From NCBI RefSeq assembly GCF_964213995.1, contig NC_135830.1, forward strand, positions 11,036,001 through 11,100,000: DNA of 64,000 bases. The letters are read 5' to 3'. The position numbers were made by a program, and so were the translations under genes. This document shows positions 50,911-62,645 of this stretch, piece after piece; the stretch's first letter is position 1, and every line of letters begins with the position of its first letter. The notes beneath the pieces are model-generated. The model made no database searches. It saw only the letters and a list, made by a program, of their open reading frames with translations, and was not told the origin of the DNA. The DNA is from Mustelus asterias (Eukaryota).

Positions 50911-51277
50911 AAATGTTGTGGGGAAAAAAGCACGATTAGGCTGAGTGGATGATCAGCCATGACCGTAATGAATGGCAGAGCATGCTCGAAGAGCCAAGTG
51001 GTCTCCTCCTGCTCCTATCATCAATGCCTCTCTGATTCATAGCCGTGTCCCCAGATTGTTACTTGGATTACTAAACCTCTGGATTTCTAATCCAGTGATA
51101 ATACCTTTATGCCGCCGTCTCCCCAACTACAGTGAATAAATGTCGAACACCCTTCAATGAAACACTTACAGCAAAATGGCCAGCTATGGACGCGATTATG
51201 TTTCCCCGGGAAAACTAACATGCAAGGCAGGTAAAAGCATCACAGAAATATTTTGTATTATTTTATAGGTTCTGCAG

Positions 51278-51629
51278 AATCTGGTTTATCTGTGTCACAG
51301 AATCCATCTCTCCAAACCTCTACTGCTAAAGACACCATTACTTTAAACTTTGAATATCCGGGATTTTGACAACACGCACTCCACTGGTACCGTCACTCCC
51401 CAAGACAGACCCCAAAATACCTGCTTAAGAGACACACATCAGGCGAGGCGAGCAAAGAAAACGCTACGGGGGGGGGGGGGGGGAGAATTTCTGCTTCTGT
51501 CGATCCCCTTGAAAAAATCAGCCGGTTAACGATCTCCAAACTGCAACTGAGTGACTCCGCTGTGTATTACTGTGCACTGAGTGGGCGCACAGCAGTGATG
51601 CAGAACACGGTGAGAGCTGTACAGAAACC
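51278..51629 (+). pseudogene. NAR-TCR supporting V-delta paralogue, pseudogene, with defective 23-RSS
   Basis: SGLSVSQNPSLQTSTAKDTITLNFEYPGF*QHALHWYRHSP...LQLSDSAVYYCALSGRT. Cys23 is TTT (51349-51351), the CDR1 Cys position is TGA (51367-51369), and there is a G16 run. The RSS is AGCAGTG + 23 nt + ACAGAAACC. Confidence 0.85.
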
Positions 51630-51675
51630 TGAACATGGTGAGAAGTACAAGAATCTGTAACCCTAACCATGTTCA

Positions 51676-51836
51676 GGTTTTTGTACAGCTCTCTCCGTGT
51701 TCTGTATCACCGTGTCTGTAATTCTCACCATGTTCAGGTTTTTGAACAAATCTCTCCGTGTTCTGCATCACCGTGACTGTAATTCTCACCATGTTCAGGT
51801 TTTTGAACAAATCTCTCCGTGTTCTGTATCAGTGTG
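51676..51836 (-). repeat. Three tandem 23-RSSs (61-bp period)
   Basis: 51798-51836 CACACTG/23/TCAAAAACC; 51737-51775 CACGGTG/23/TCAAAAACC; 51676-51714 CACGGTG/23/ACAAAAACC. Confidence 0.93.
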
Positions 51837-52142
51837 CTGTGCGCTCACTCAGTTCACAGTAATACACAGCGGAGTCGCTCAATTGTAGTTTGAAGATCTC
51901 TAACCGGTTGCTTTTGACTGACGAATGGGTAGAAACAGAAATTCCGTCCCCGGCAACCTGTTTCTTATTATCCTCTCCTGAAGTGTGTGTCTGAAGGAGG
52001 TATTTCGGAGCCTGTCCTGGGGATTGACGGTACCAGTGTACTGTATATTGACAGTTCCCTGAATATTCACAGCTTAAAGTAACCGTGTCACCTGCGGCAG
52101 ACGTTTGGAGAGGTGAACTCGGTGACACAGTTGAGCTGGAAT
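51837..52142 (-). CDS. NAR-TCR supporting V-delta (leaderless, CDR1 Cys), open frame
   Basis: Acceptor TCCTGCAG (phase 1). Reads SSSTVSPSSPLQTSAAGDTVTLSCEYSGNCQYTVHWYRQSPGQAPKYLL...LSDSAVYYCELSERT. Extra Cys at 52051-52053. No leader exon was found between it and the J at 58977. Confidence 0.85.
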
Positions 52143-54338
52143 CTGCAGGATAGAAATAAAATGAATTGTTTCTTTAGCCACTGTTTACCCCGGGAAAACT
52201 TTTCAATCGGGTGAATACCTGTCTGTTGCGGTAATTTGTTTAACTGAATTTGTTTCAAAAAGCATTGATTATTGGAAATAAACAAGAGTGGCAGATCTTC
52301 AGACCTTTTTTCACAGAGAATTGCAGTCACCTGAAGTGAACAGCGAAAAGGGTGGTGCTGGGAGCTGATTTAACATTGACTTTCAAATGGTAATTGGGGG
52401 AGGGCGGGGGGGGGGGGGTGGAGGGGAGAACTTCTGGGACAGGACAATATTCCAGTGCCAAGGGGACCAAAGAAGGCCGAATGGGTACATTGGCAGCACC
52501 TTCAAATTATTGTCTCCATTGACAGAATTGTGTTTTGTTGCGGAGTATGATTCTATTTTTATTAGAAAGGTGCCAATAAATATATTGGCGAAATACGAAC
52601 CAGGAAACGAAATCATAAAGTTCACTCTTCTCCTCACATAATAATTTGCTGTCTAGGTTTCATTGCTCAAAGGACAATCAGCAGTTTTATGTCCCTGTAT
52701 GTATCAAGGTTCAGCACGGGGCAGAGATATTCGTCCGCATCTATTAATCCAAACTGACAATGTATATCCGTGGGTCAATGATCGACCTTTGGCCGCAGTT
52801 CAACACTGCAAGTTAATGTCTGCTATTTGTCTATTTCCGTCCATCGATTCTACCGTTTTACTTCTAGTAGAAATATTTGCAAGTTGATTTAGTTCTTTTT
52901 CTGCATCTGAGTTGTTTCCTGCCTGTTCTTCGTGGTTTCCAACCGTCATGAGAACTTGCACAAATTTCTCGCAGTTGTCGGTTGGGTTCAGCCTGTTCAA
53001 TTTCCGCAGTGGTGTTACTGTTACTCACTGGGCACTGTCTTCAGGGTATGTGAGAATTTCAATCCCTTTAGTACATTGGCTGATTGTCCTTTCCGAACAG
53101 AATTGTCTCAAAGTTTTACATTCTACACTTTCCACTTAAAACGAATAGGCCACTGGGCCCAGCTGGCCGAAGCTTGTTCTTGCCCCTTCTCCTCTCGAAC
53201 AGGAAATAACAATTTACATCCTGAGCTGTGTGTCTATTTATTCCTCTCTCCCGCCCATATTTTTCAAGCTTGCCATAAATTCATCACGCCGTTTCTCCAA
53301 ACAGCGACCTATACATTCTGATGTGTCTCCGTGTAAACATACCCGAATATTTCTATCTGTTCTGGTCATAATTTCATGTGTAAACGTCTCCTTGCTCTGG
53401 GGACCCAGGTTTGAATCCTGCCTCGGCAGCTGGTAGAATATGACTTCAATAAAAATAAAACCTGGAATTAATAATCTACTGCTGATCATGAAGCCATTCT
53501 CGATGGCTGTCAAATTCCATATGGTTCACTAATGTCCTTTAAGCAAGGAAATATGGCGTTCTTACCCTGTCTGGCCTATATGTGACTCTAGAATCACAGC
53601 AATGTGGTGGACTCTTAACTGATCTCTGAAATGGACGAGCAAGCCTCTCATTTCAAGGGCGAACAGGGATGCACAATAAATGCTGGCCAAGCAGCGACAC
53701 CCATGTCACACAAATGAATTAATTAAAAACCTTACTCCACTGAAGGATGAGTTTCTGCACATGGAGCTCCTAGAAACTAAAACACAATGTTAAATATTTC
53801 TCTGCTGTTTTTTCATGCCTTACAGGTCTGTAAGAGACAAATGGCAAAGCGTTCCTGAACTTTCGCTATCCATACACATTGTTGATTATTTATTTTCTCA
53901 GGAATGTGAGAAATGTAAGCTGATAATAAGATACATAAGAAATAGAAACATGGTAGACCGATCCATTTTGGGGACCCGCTGTCCAATTCAGGAAGTTTAG
54001 TTCTGATCATCAACCTCAATGAGAACTGCGTGCTCTATTCCAAAATCCATTGTTTCCATTAGTATTCAAGAATAGAATCTATGGAACGGTTCAGCATCCT
54101 CAGCCTCGACACAACCAATCCTTGAGGAACTGATTAAGCTTCAATGAGCACAATCCCATGTTTTCGAAATCGAGAAAATATAATGCAAACCGATTTATCC
54201 ACCGTCAGTGTTCAATATGTGGAAGAGTATGCAATTCAAAGTTTTCACAATTCTGCCAAAGCAGAAATTATCGACTATCGGATGAAAATAAAAATCAGGT
54301 AGGATATAATTATTGTTAGTCACTGATTGTGCAAGAAT

Positions 54339-57300
54339 GAACAAAGAACAAAGAACAATACAGCATAGAAACAGGCCCTTCGGCCCTCCAAGCCCGTGCC
54401 TCTCCCTGGTCCAAACTAGATCATTCTTTTGTATCCCTCCATTCCCACTCCGTTCATATGGCTGTCTAGATAAGTCTTAAACGTTCCCAGTGTGTCCGCC
54501 TCCACCACCTTGCCTGGCAGCACATTCCAGGCCCCCACCACCCTCTGTGTAAAATATGTCCTTCTGATATCTGCGTTAAACCTCCCCCCCTTCACCTTGA
54601 ACCTATGACCCCTCGTGAACGTCACCACCGACCTGGAGAAAAGCTTCCCACCGTTCACCCTATCTATGCCTTTCATAATTTTATACATCTCTATTAAGTC
54701 TCCCCTCATTCTCCGTCTTTCCAGGGAGAACAACCCCAGTTTACCCAATCTCTCCTCATAACTAAGCCCCTCCATACCAGGCAACATCCTGGTAAACCTC
54801 CTCTGTACTCTCTCCAAAGCCTCCACGTCCTTCTGGTAGTGTGGCGACCAGAACTGGGCGCAGTATTCCAAATGCGGCCGAACCAACGTTCTATGCATCT
54901 GCAACATCAGACCCCAACTTTTATACTCTATGCCCCGTCCTTTAAAGGCAAGCATGCCATATGCCTTCTTCACCACCTTCTCCATCTGTGACGTCACCTT
55001 CAAGGATCTGTGGACTTGCATACCCAGGTCCCTCTGCGTATCTACACCCTTTATGGTTCTGCCACTTATCGTATAGCTCCTCCCTACATTATTTCTACCA
55101 AAATGCATCACTTCGCATTTATCAGGATTGAACTCCATCTGCCATTTCTTTGCCCAAATTTCCAGCCTATCTAGAACCTTCTGTACCTTCTGACAATGCT
55201 CCTCACTATCTGCAAGTCCAGCCAATTTTGTGTCGTCCGCAAACTTACTGATCACCCCAGTTACACCTTCTTCTAGATCGTTTATATAAATCACAAACAG
55301 CAGAGGTCCCAATACAGAACCCTGCGGAACACCACTAGTCACAGGCATCCAGCCGGAAGAAGACCCCTCCACTACCACCCTCTGTCTTCTGTGACCAAGC
55401 CAGTTCTCCACCCATCTAGCCACCTCCCACTTTATCCCATGAGATCCAACCTTTTTCACCAGCCTTCCATGGGGGACTTTGTCAAACGCTTTACTAAAGT
55501 CCATATAGACGACATCCACGGCCCTTCCCTCGTCAACCATTCTGGTCACTTCTTCAAAAAACTCCACCAGGTTAGTGAGGCATGACCTCCCTCTCACAAA
55601 ACCATGCTGACTATCGTTAATGAGTTTATTTATTTCTAAATGCGCATACATCCTATCTCTAAGAATCTTCTCCAACAACTTCCCCACCACGGACGTCAAG
55701 CTCACCGGCCTATAATTACCCGGGTTATCCTTCCTACCCTTCTTAAATAACGGGACCACATTAGCTATCCTCCAATCCTCTGGGACCTCACCTGCGTCCA
55801 GTGACGAGACAAAGATTTGCGTCAGAGGCCCAGCGATTTCATCTCTCGTCTCCCTGAGCAGCCTTGGATAGATTCCATCAGGCCCTGGGGATTTGTCAGT
55901 CTTTATATTCTCTAACAAACCTAACACTTCCTCCCTTGTAATGGAGATTTTCTCCAATGGTTCAACACTCCCCTCCGAGACACTCCCAGTCAACACATCC
56001 CTCTCCTTTGTGAATACCGACGCAAAGTATTCATTTAGGATCTCCCCTACTGCTTTGGGCTCCAAGCATAATTCCCCACTATCGTCCCTGAGAGGTCCGA
56101 TTTTTTCCCTGACAACCCTTTTGTTCTTAACATATGAATAAAATGCCTTTGGATTCTCCTTAATCCTGTCTGCCAAGGACGTTTCGTGACCCTTTTTTGC
56201 CCTTCTAATTCCCCGTTTGAGTTCTTTCCTACTTTCTTTGTACTCCTTCAGAGCTCCCTCCGTTTTTAGCTGCCTGGACCTAACATACGCCTCTCTTTTC
56301 TTTTTGACCAGTCCCTCAATTTCCCTGGTTATCCACGGTTCTCGAATCCTACCCTTCCTATCCTTCTTTTTTACAGGCACATGCCTATCCTGCAGCCCTA
56401 ACAACTGTTCCTTAAAAGACTCCCAAATGCCAGATGTGGATTTACCCTCAAACATCCTCTCCCAATCAAGAGCTGCCAATTTCTGCCTAATCCCACTAAA
56501 GTTAGCCTTCCCCCAATCCAACACCTTACCCTTGGGACACCACTCATCCTTTTCCATCACTCTCCTAAAGCTAACAGAATTGTGGTCACTATTTGCCACA
56601 TGTTCCCCTACCGAAACTTTGAAGACCTGACCGGGCTCATTCCCCAGTACTAGATCCAGTATAGCCCCGTCTCTCGTCGGGCTATCTACATATTGTTCCA
56701 AAGAACCCTCCTGTACGCATTTTACAAATTCCTCCCCATTCAGAGTCCCAGCTCTCAGCGATTTCCAGTCTATACCAGGGAAATTGAAGTCTCCCACTAC
56801 AACAACCCTACTTTTCCTGCACCTATCCAGTATCTCCTGACATATCCGTTCTTCCACTTCCCTTGGGTTGTTGGGGGGCCTGTAGTACACCCCCAACACC
56901 TCAAACTACCTCAAGTCACATGAGCAGCCTGGGAATGGAGGGATACAAACGAATGGTCTAGTTGGACCAAGGAGCGGCACAGGCTTGGAGGGCCGAAGGG
57001 CCTGTTTCCTGTGCTGTACTGTTCTTTGTTCTTTGTTAGTGACTGCGCCCTTCCTGTTCCTAAGCTCCACCCAGAGTGACTCGTTACACGACCCCTCTGA
57101 ATTGTCCTCGCTCTGCACCCCTGTAATATGCTCTCCAACTAATACTGCTACTCCCCCACCTCTTTTGGCCCCTTCTCTGTCTCGCCTAAAACGCTTGTAC
57201 CCCGGAATATTCAGCTGCCAGTCCTGTCCCTCTTTCAACCAAGTCTCCGTCACCACAATCACATCCAAATTCCTCGTGAGCATTAAGGCCCTAAGTTCGT

Positions 57301-57740
57301 CTGTCTTACCTGCTACGCTCCTTGCATTGCAGTATAAGCACTCCAGACCTCCAGGCCCAGTGAGGTCATCCTCCCCCAGAGTGCTCTTCTTCTTTGCCAG
57401 CCTTGTCCCAGTCCCAAGCTCGTCCCCAGCCTCGACACTTGTAGACCTAATATTTTGATCCCCACCCCCCCTGCCATACTAGTTTAAACCCCCCCGAACT
57501 GCACTAGCAAAACTCCCAGCCAGGATATTCGTGCCCTTCCAACTTAGTTGTGACCCGTCCTTCTTGTACAGGTGCCATCCTCTCCTGAAATCTTCCCATT
57601 GATCTAGGAAAATGAAGCCCTCCCTCCTGGACCCGTCCTTTAGCCAAGTATTCAATTGTACTAACTCCCTATTCTTAGCCTCACTGGCACGAAGCATTGG
57701 GAGCAGCCCAGAGATGGCCACCCTGGAGGCCCTACTTTTT
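54339..57740 (-). mobile_element. CR1 LINE (end of ORF1 + ORF2) with a nested short CR1 3' end at about 56899-57035
   Basis: An 827-aa ORF at 54416-56899, APE N-terminus 56906-57283 and ORF1 end 57479-57721. (AACAAAG)n tail. Confidence 0.95.
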
Positions 57741-57819
57741 AGTCTAATGAAATGCCATCAACAACTATAAAATGATCTTGAAGATATTTGTGCCATGTTC
57801 CCTGGCACGAGCGGCATGG

Positions 57820-58156
57820 ACGGCACGGTAGCACAGTGGTTAACACTGCTGCTTCACAGCTCCAGGGACCTGGGTTCGATTCCCGGCTTGGGTCACTGTC
57901 TGTGTGGAGTTTGCACATTCTCCTCGTGTCTGCGTGGGTTTCCTCTGTGTGCTCCGGTTTCCTCCCACAGTCCAAAGATGTGCAGGTCAGGTTGATTGGC
58001 CAAGCTAAAATTCCCCCTTAGTTTCCTGAGATGCGTAGGTTAGAGGGATTAGTGGGTGGATTTGGGGGTAGGGCCTGTGTGGGATTGTGGTCGGTGCAGA
58101 CTCGATTGGCCAAATGGCCTCTTTCTGCACTGTAGGGTTTCTATAGTTCTATAGTT
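57820..58156 (+). mobile_element. HE1-type SINE
   Basis: CGGCACGGTAGCACAGTGG head, GGTTCGATTCC B box and TTCTATAG tail. Confidence 0.9.
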
Positions 58157-58976
58157 CCCGTTTTCCTGTCACTGCAGGTATTGGATCTGTCGCTGCAATG
58201 TTGGATTAACTCTCCCGCTACCTGATTCACATTTCCTGGAGCAGAGAGAAATCCTGTGCTTAGTGACTCCGCTGTTTCTCAGCGGAGGGCAGGAAGCAGG
58301 GTTCGGAGTGTCCACAATGTGTTTTTTATTCATTCTTGAGACATGTGCGTCATGGCTGACTGGCTGCCCATCCCTCGTTACCCAAGGGCAGTGGAGAGTC
58401 TACCACATTGCTGTGGTTCTGCAGCCACATATAGGCCAGACCAGGTAAGGATCACAGCTTTCCTTCCCTGAAAGACATTAGTGAACCAGATGGATTTTTC
58501 TAATAATCGACAATGGTTTCATGGTCATCGGTAGATTCTCAATTCCACGTATTTTTATTGAATTGGAATTCCGCCATCGGCCCTGGCGGGACTCCCCGAA
58601 TTCTCCTCTCACCTGGGAAGAAGCAGCGCCCCGAAAGCTTGTGATTCCAAATAAACCTGTTGGACTTTAACCCGGTGTTGTGAGACTCCTTACTGTTCCT
58701 TAAACCAACAATGGTTCAGATGGGGTCAGCTGACCCTCCTTCCCCATAGGATACCTATCCTTTGGAGACTCACACTGCTTCAATCCGGTCTCAAGGCCCG
58801 ACCCGATTTCAGTTTCTTATTCTGCTCCCAAGTCTAAATTTGCAAATGAAGAGCTTCCTTTGCGAACCACCCCGCTTCAGAAGCACAGCAGTGAAGTGTT
58901 ACTGATAACGAATAATAACTGATGGTGAACACTAACCAGGATAGTGAATAACACAAGGGGACTTGGAATCACTTAC

Positions 58977-59029
58977 GGGCTGTGACAGTCACTACCGCCT
59001 CAGACCCATCTGAAAATCTCCATTCACCC
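58977..59029 (-). CDS. NAR-TCR J segment (Ig-type, possibly decayed)
   Basis: GEWRFSDGSEAVVTVTA plus a phase-1 donor GTAAGT (58976-58971). It is directly preceded on the - strand by CACTGTG. Confidence 0.78.
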
Positions 59030-59068
59030 CACAGTGACAGAGCTCCCAGTCTGCCCAGCACAGGAATG
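59030..59068 (-). other. 23-RSS of the NAR-TCR J
   Basis: Read on +: CACAGTG (59030-59036) + 23 nt + ACAGGAATG (weak nonamer). Confidence 0.72.
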
Positions 59069-59228
59069 ACTGACACCTCAAACTACTGGGCAACCATTAC
59101 CGGACTGTCAGCTTTTCTCAATTATTCAGGGAATTTAGATCAATAATGAACTTGATTGTTTAAAAAAAACCTCATTGAATCAAACGGTGCCTTGTGACTT
59201 GCTGAGCTCCTGGAAAAATAGCCCAGGA

Positions 59229-62015
59229 ACAGAGACTTGGTTGAAAGAGGGACAGGAGTGGCAGCTGAATATTCCGGGGGACAAGTGTTTTAGGCGAGAC
59301 AGGGGAGGGGCCAAAAGAGGTGGGGGAGTAGCAGTATTAGTTCGAGGGCATATTACAGCGGTGGAGGGAGGGCAATTCAGAGGGGTCGTGTAATGAGTCA
59401 CTGTGGGTGGAGCTCAGAAACAGGAAGGGCGCAGTCACTATGTTGGGGGTATACTACAGGCCCCCGAACAGCCCAAGGGAAGTGGAAGAACGGATATGTC
59501 AGGAGATAATGGATAGGTGCAGGAAAAATAGGGTTGTTGTAGTGGGAGACTTCAATTTCCCTGGTATAGACTGGAATTCGCGTCGGGCTGGGACTCTCAA
59601 TGGGGAGGAATTTGTAAAATGCGTACAGGAGGGTTCTTTGGAACAATATGTAGATAGCCCGACTAGAGAGGGGGCTATACTGGACCTAATACTGGGGAAT
59701 AAGCCCGGTCAGGTCTTCAAAGTTTCGGTAGGGAAACATGTGGCAAACAGTGACCACAATTCTGTGAGCTTTAGGATAGTGATGGAAAAGGATGAGTGGT
59801 GTCCCAAGGGTAAGGTGTTGGATTGGGGGAAGGCTAACTTTAGTGGGATTAGACAGAAACTGGCAGCTGTTGATTGGGAGAGCCTGTTTGAGGGTAAATC
59901 CACATCTGGCATGTGGGAGTCTTTTAAGGAACAGTTGTTAGGGCTGCAGGATAGGCATGTGTCTGTAAAAAAGAAGGATAGGAAGGGTAAGATTCGAGAA
60001 CCGTGGATAACCAGGGAAATTGAGGGACTGGTCAAAAAGAAAAGAGAGCCGTATGTTAGGTCCAGGCAGCTAAAAACGGAAGGAGCTCTGGAGGAATACA
60101 AAGAAAGTAGGAAAGAACTCAAACGAGGAATTAGAAGGGCAAAAATGGGTCACGAAATGTCCTTGGCAGACAGGACTAAAGAGAATCCCAAGGCATTTTA
60201 TACATACGTTAGGAACAAAAGGGTTGTCAGGGATAAAAATCGGACCTCTCAGGGACAAAAGTGCGGAATTAGAGCCCAAAGAAGTAGGGGAGATCCTAAA
60301 TGAATACTTTGCGTCGGTATTCACAAAGGAGAGGGATGTGTTGACTGGGAGTGTCTCGGAGGGGAGTGCTGACCCGTTAGCGAAAATCTCCATAACAAGG
60401 GATGAAGCGTTAGGTTTTGTTAGCGAATATAAAGACGGACAAATCCCCAGGGCCTGATGGAATCTATCCAAGGCTGCTCAGGGAGACGAGAGATGGAATC
60501 GCTGGGCCTCTGACGCAAATCTTTGTCTCGTCACTGGACACAGGTGAGGTCCCAGAGGATTGGAGGATAGCTAATGTGGTCCCGTTATTTAAGAAGGGTA
60601 GGAAGGATAACCCGGGTAATTATAGGCCGGTGAGCTTGACGTCCGTGGTGGGGAAGTTGTTGGAGAAGATTCTTAGAGATAGGATGTATGCGCATTTAGA
60701 AATAAATAAACTCATTAACGATAGTCAGCATGGTTTTGTGAGAGGGAGGTCATGCCTCACTAACCTGGTGGAGGTTTTTGAAGAAGTGACCAGAATGGTT
60801 GACGAGGGAAGGGCCGTGGATGTCGTCTATATGGACTTTAGTAAAGCGTTTGACAAAGTCCCTCATGGTAGGCTGGTGAAAAAGGTTGGATGTCATGGGA
60901 TGAAGGGGGAGGTGGCTGAATGCGTGGAGAACTAGCTTGGTCACAGAAGACAGAGGGTGGTAGTGGAAGGGTCTTTTTCCGGCTGGATGCCTGTGACTAG
61001 TGGTGTTCCGCAGGGCTCCGTGTTGAGACCTCTGCTGTTTGTGATCTATATAAACGATCTGGAAGAAGGTGTAACTGGGGTGATCAGTAAGTTTGTGGAC
61101 GACACGAAAATGGCTGGACTTGCAGATAGTGAGGAACATTGTCAGAGGCTACAGAAGGATCGAGATAGGCTGGAAATCTGAGCAAAGAAATGGCAGATGG
61201 AGTTCAATCCAGATTAATGCGAAGTGATGCATTTTGCCGAACTAACGTAGGGGGGAGCTATACGATAAATGGCAGAACCATAAAGGGTGTAGATACGCAG
61301 AGGGACCTGGGTGTGCAAGTCCACAGATCCTTGAAGGTGACGTCACAGGTGGAGAAGGTAGTGAATAAGGCATATGGCATGCTTGCCTTTAAAGGACGGG
61401 GCATAGAGTATAAAAGTTGGGGTCTGATGTTGCAGTTGTACAGAACGTTGGTTCGGCCGTATTTGGAATACTGCGTCCAGTTCTGGTCGCCACACTACCA
61501 GAAGGACGTGGAGGCTTTTGAGAGAGTGCAGAGGTGGTTTACCAGGATGTTGCCTGGTATGGAAGGGCTTAGTTATGAGGAGCGATTGGGTAAACTGGGG
61601 TTGTTCTCACTGGAAAGACGGAGGATGAGGGGTGACCTAATAGAGGTGTATAAAATTATGAAACGAATAGATAGGGTGAACGGTGGGAAGCTCTTTCCCA
61701 GGTCGGTGGTGACGTTCAGGAGGGGTCATAGGTTCACGGTGAGGGGGGGGGGTGGGGGGGGGGGGTGCGGGGGATGGGAGGTTTAACACGGATATCAGAA
61801 GGACGTATTTTACACAGAGGGTGGTGGGGGCCTGGAATGCGCTGTCGGGCAAGTTGGTGGAGGCGGACACACTGGGAACGTTTAAGACTTATCTAGATAG
61901 CCACATGAACGGAGTGGGAATGGAGGGATACAAAAGAATGGTGTAGTTTGGACCATGGAGCGGCGCGGGCTTGGAGGGCCGAAGGGCCTGTTCCTGTGCT
62001 GTATTGTTCTTTGTT
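59229..62015 (+). mobile_element. CR1 LINE, 5'-truncated decayed ORF2, between NAR-TCR V and J
   Basis: ORF pieces 59407-61946 are near-identical to the 54.3-57.7 kb and 12.9-16.6 kb copies. TTCTTTGTT tail. Confidence 0.95.
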
Positions 62016-62191
62016 GGAACAGAGGCAGAGATGGAAGATTCTTATTAACGGCGAAAAATCTTGAAGAATTATAACTGATGGGAGGAAATTACAATGAAAT
62101 TAAACCAAATTGAAGTGGGAGTAACATCAACCCGAAAGGTCAAGTTACCGAACTTGGGAATTGCTGGGCATTACTTCTTCGATTGCCATGA

Positions 62192-62219
62192 GCTATTTGT
62201 TCTCCTCTCTTCCACTGCG
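62192..62219 (-). other. 12-RSS-like signal after the NAR-TCR V(D)
   Basis: - strand CGCAGTG + 12 nt (GAAGAGAGGAGA) + ACAAATAGC. The heptamer has one mismatch, inside the critical CAC. Confidence 0.65.
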
Positions 62220-62497
62220 GTATCCCATGTGTGTAGTTCCAGTTCTGAGCTTTGCAGTGTCTTCAACTCTCAAATCCCGATTTTCAAGTGAAAATGTCTT
62301 TTCTGCTTTGTTCACCGAGACAACAAATCTCCCTCCGCTGGAGATCCGCTCCCTGGTTGTCCCGGTCGGGGTTTTTCTAAAGAAATGGCCATTTTCGAAA
62401 TCATAAACTCCAGAGAAAACACAGATGATGGTGGGAGACTGACACTCCTTCCTGATCACCGCTGCCGGGCTCTGTGTCACTGACTGACTGAAACATC
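62220..62497 (-). pseudogene. IgNAR-like NAR-TCR V exon (FR1 Cys), pseudogene, probably germline-joined to D
   Basis: QSVTQSPAAVIRKECQSPTIICVFSGVYDFENGHFFRKTPTGTTRERISSGGRFVVSVNKAEKTFSLENRDLRVEDTA. It has the short CDR2-less VNAR-type core and an extra Cys at 62442-62444. The YYC region is deleted, causing a frameshift. Confidence 0.87.
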
Positions 62498-62645
62498 CTG
62501 GAAATTAAACACAGAGAGTTTATTGGACCACCAGAGCCGAACCATACAACGGCGTTAAAATCCTAGGCAGTGCCTGCAATAGGGATGGACTGGGGCAGCA
62601 CTTTATTCAATCCACAGGATGTGGGTTAATGTGATCGATACTCAC

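Noticed and set aside
51661-51840. CRISPR-like regular repeats
   Set aside because: No unique spacers and vertebrate context; the units are RSSs.
53023-53075. Minus-strand donor GTGAGT after LKTVP, a possible leader or J for the supporting V
   Set aside because: No hydrophobic leader, no GXG motif and no RSS.
56896-56909. ACACCTCAAACTAC shared with about 59074-59087 near the J RSS
   Set aside because: A single short match, which cannot be separated from chance.
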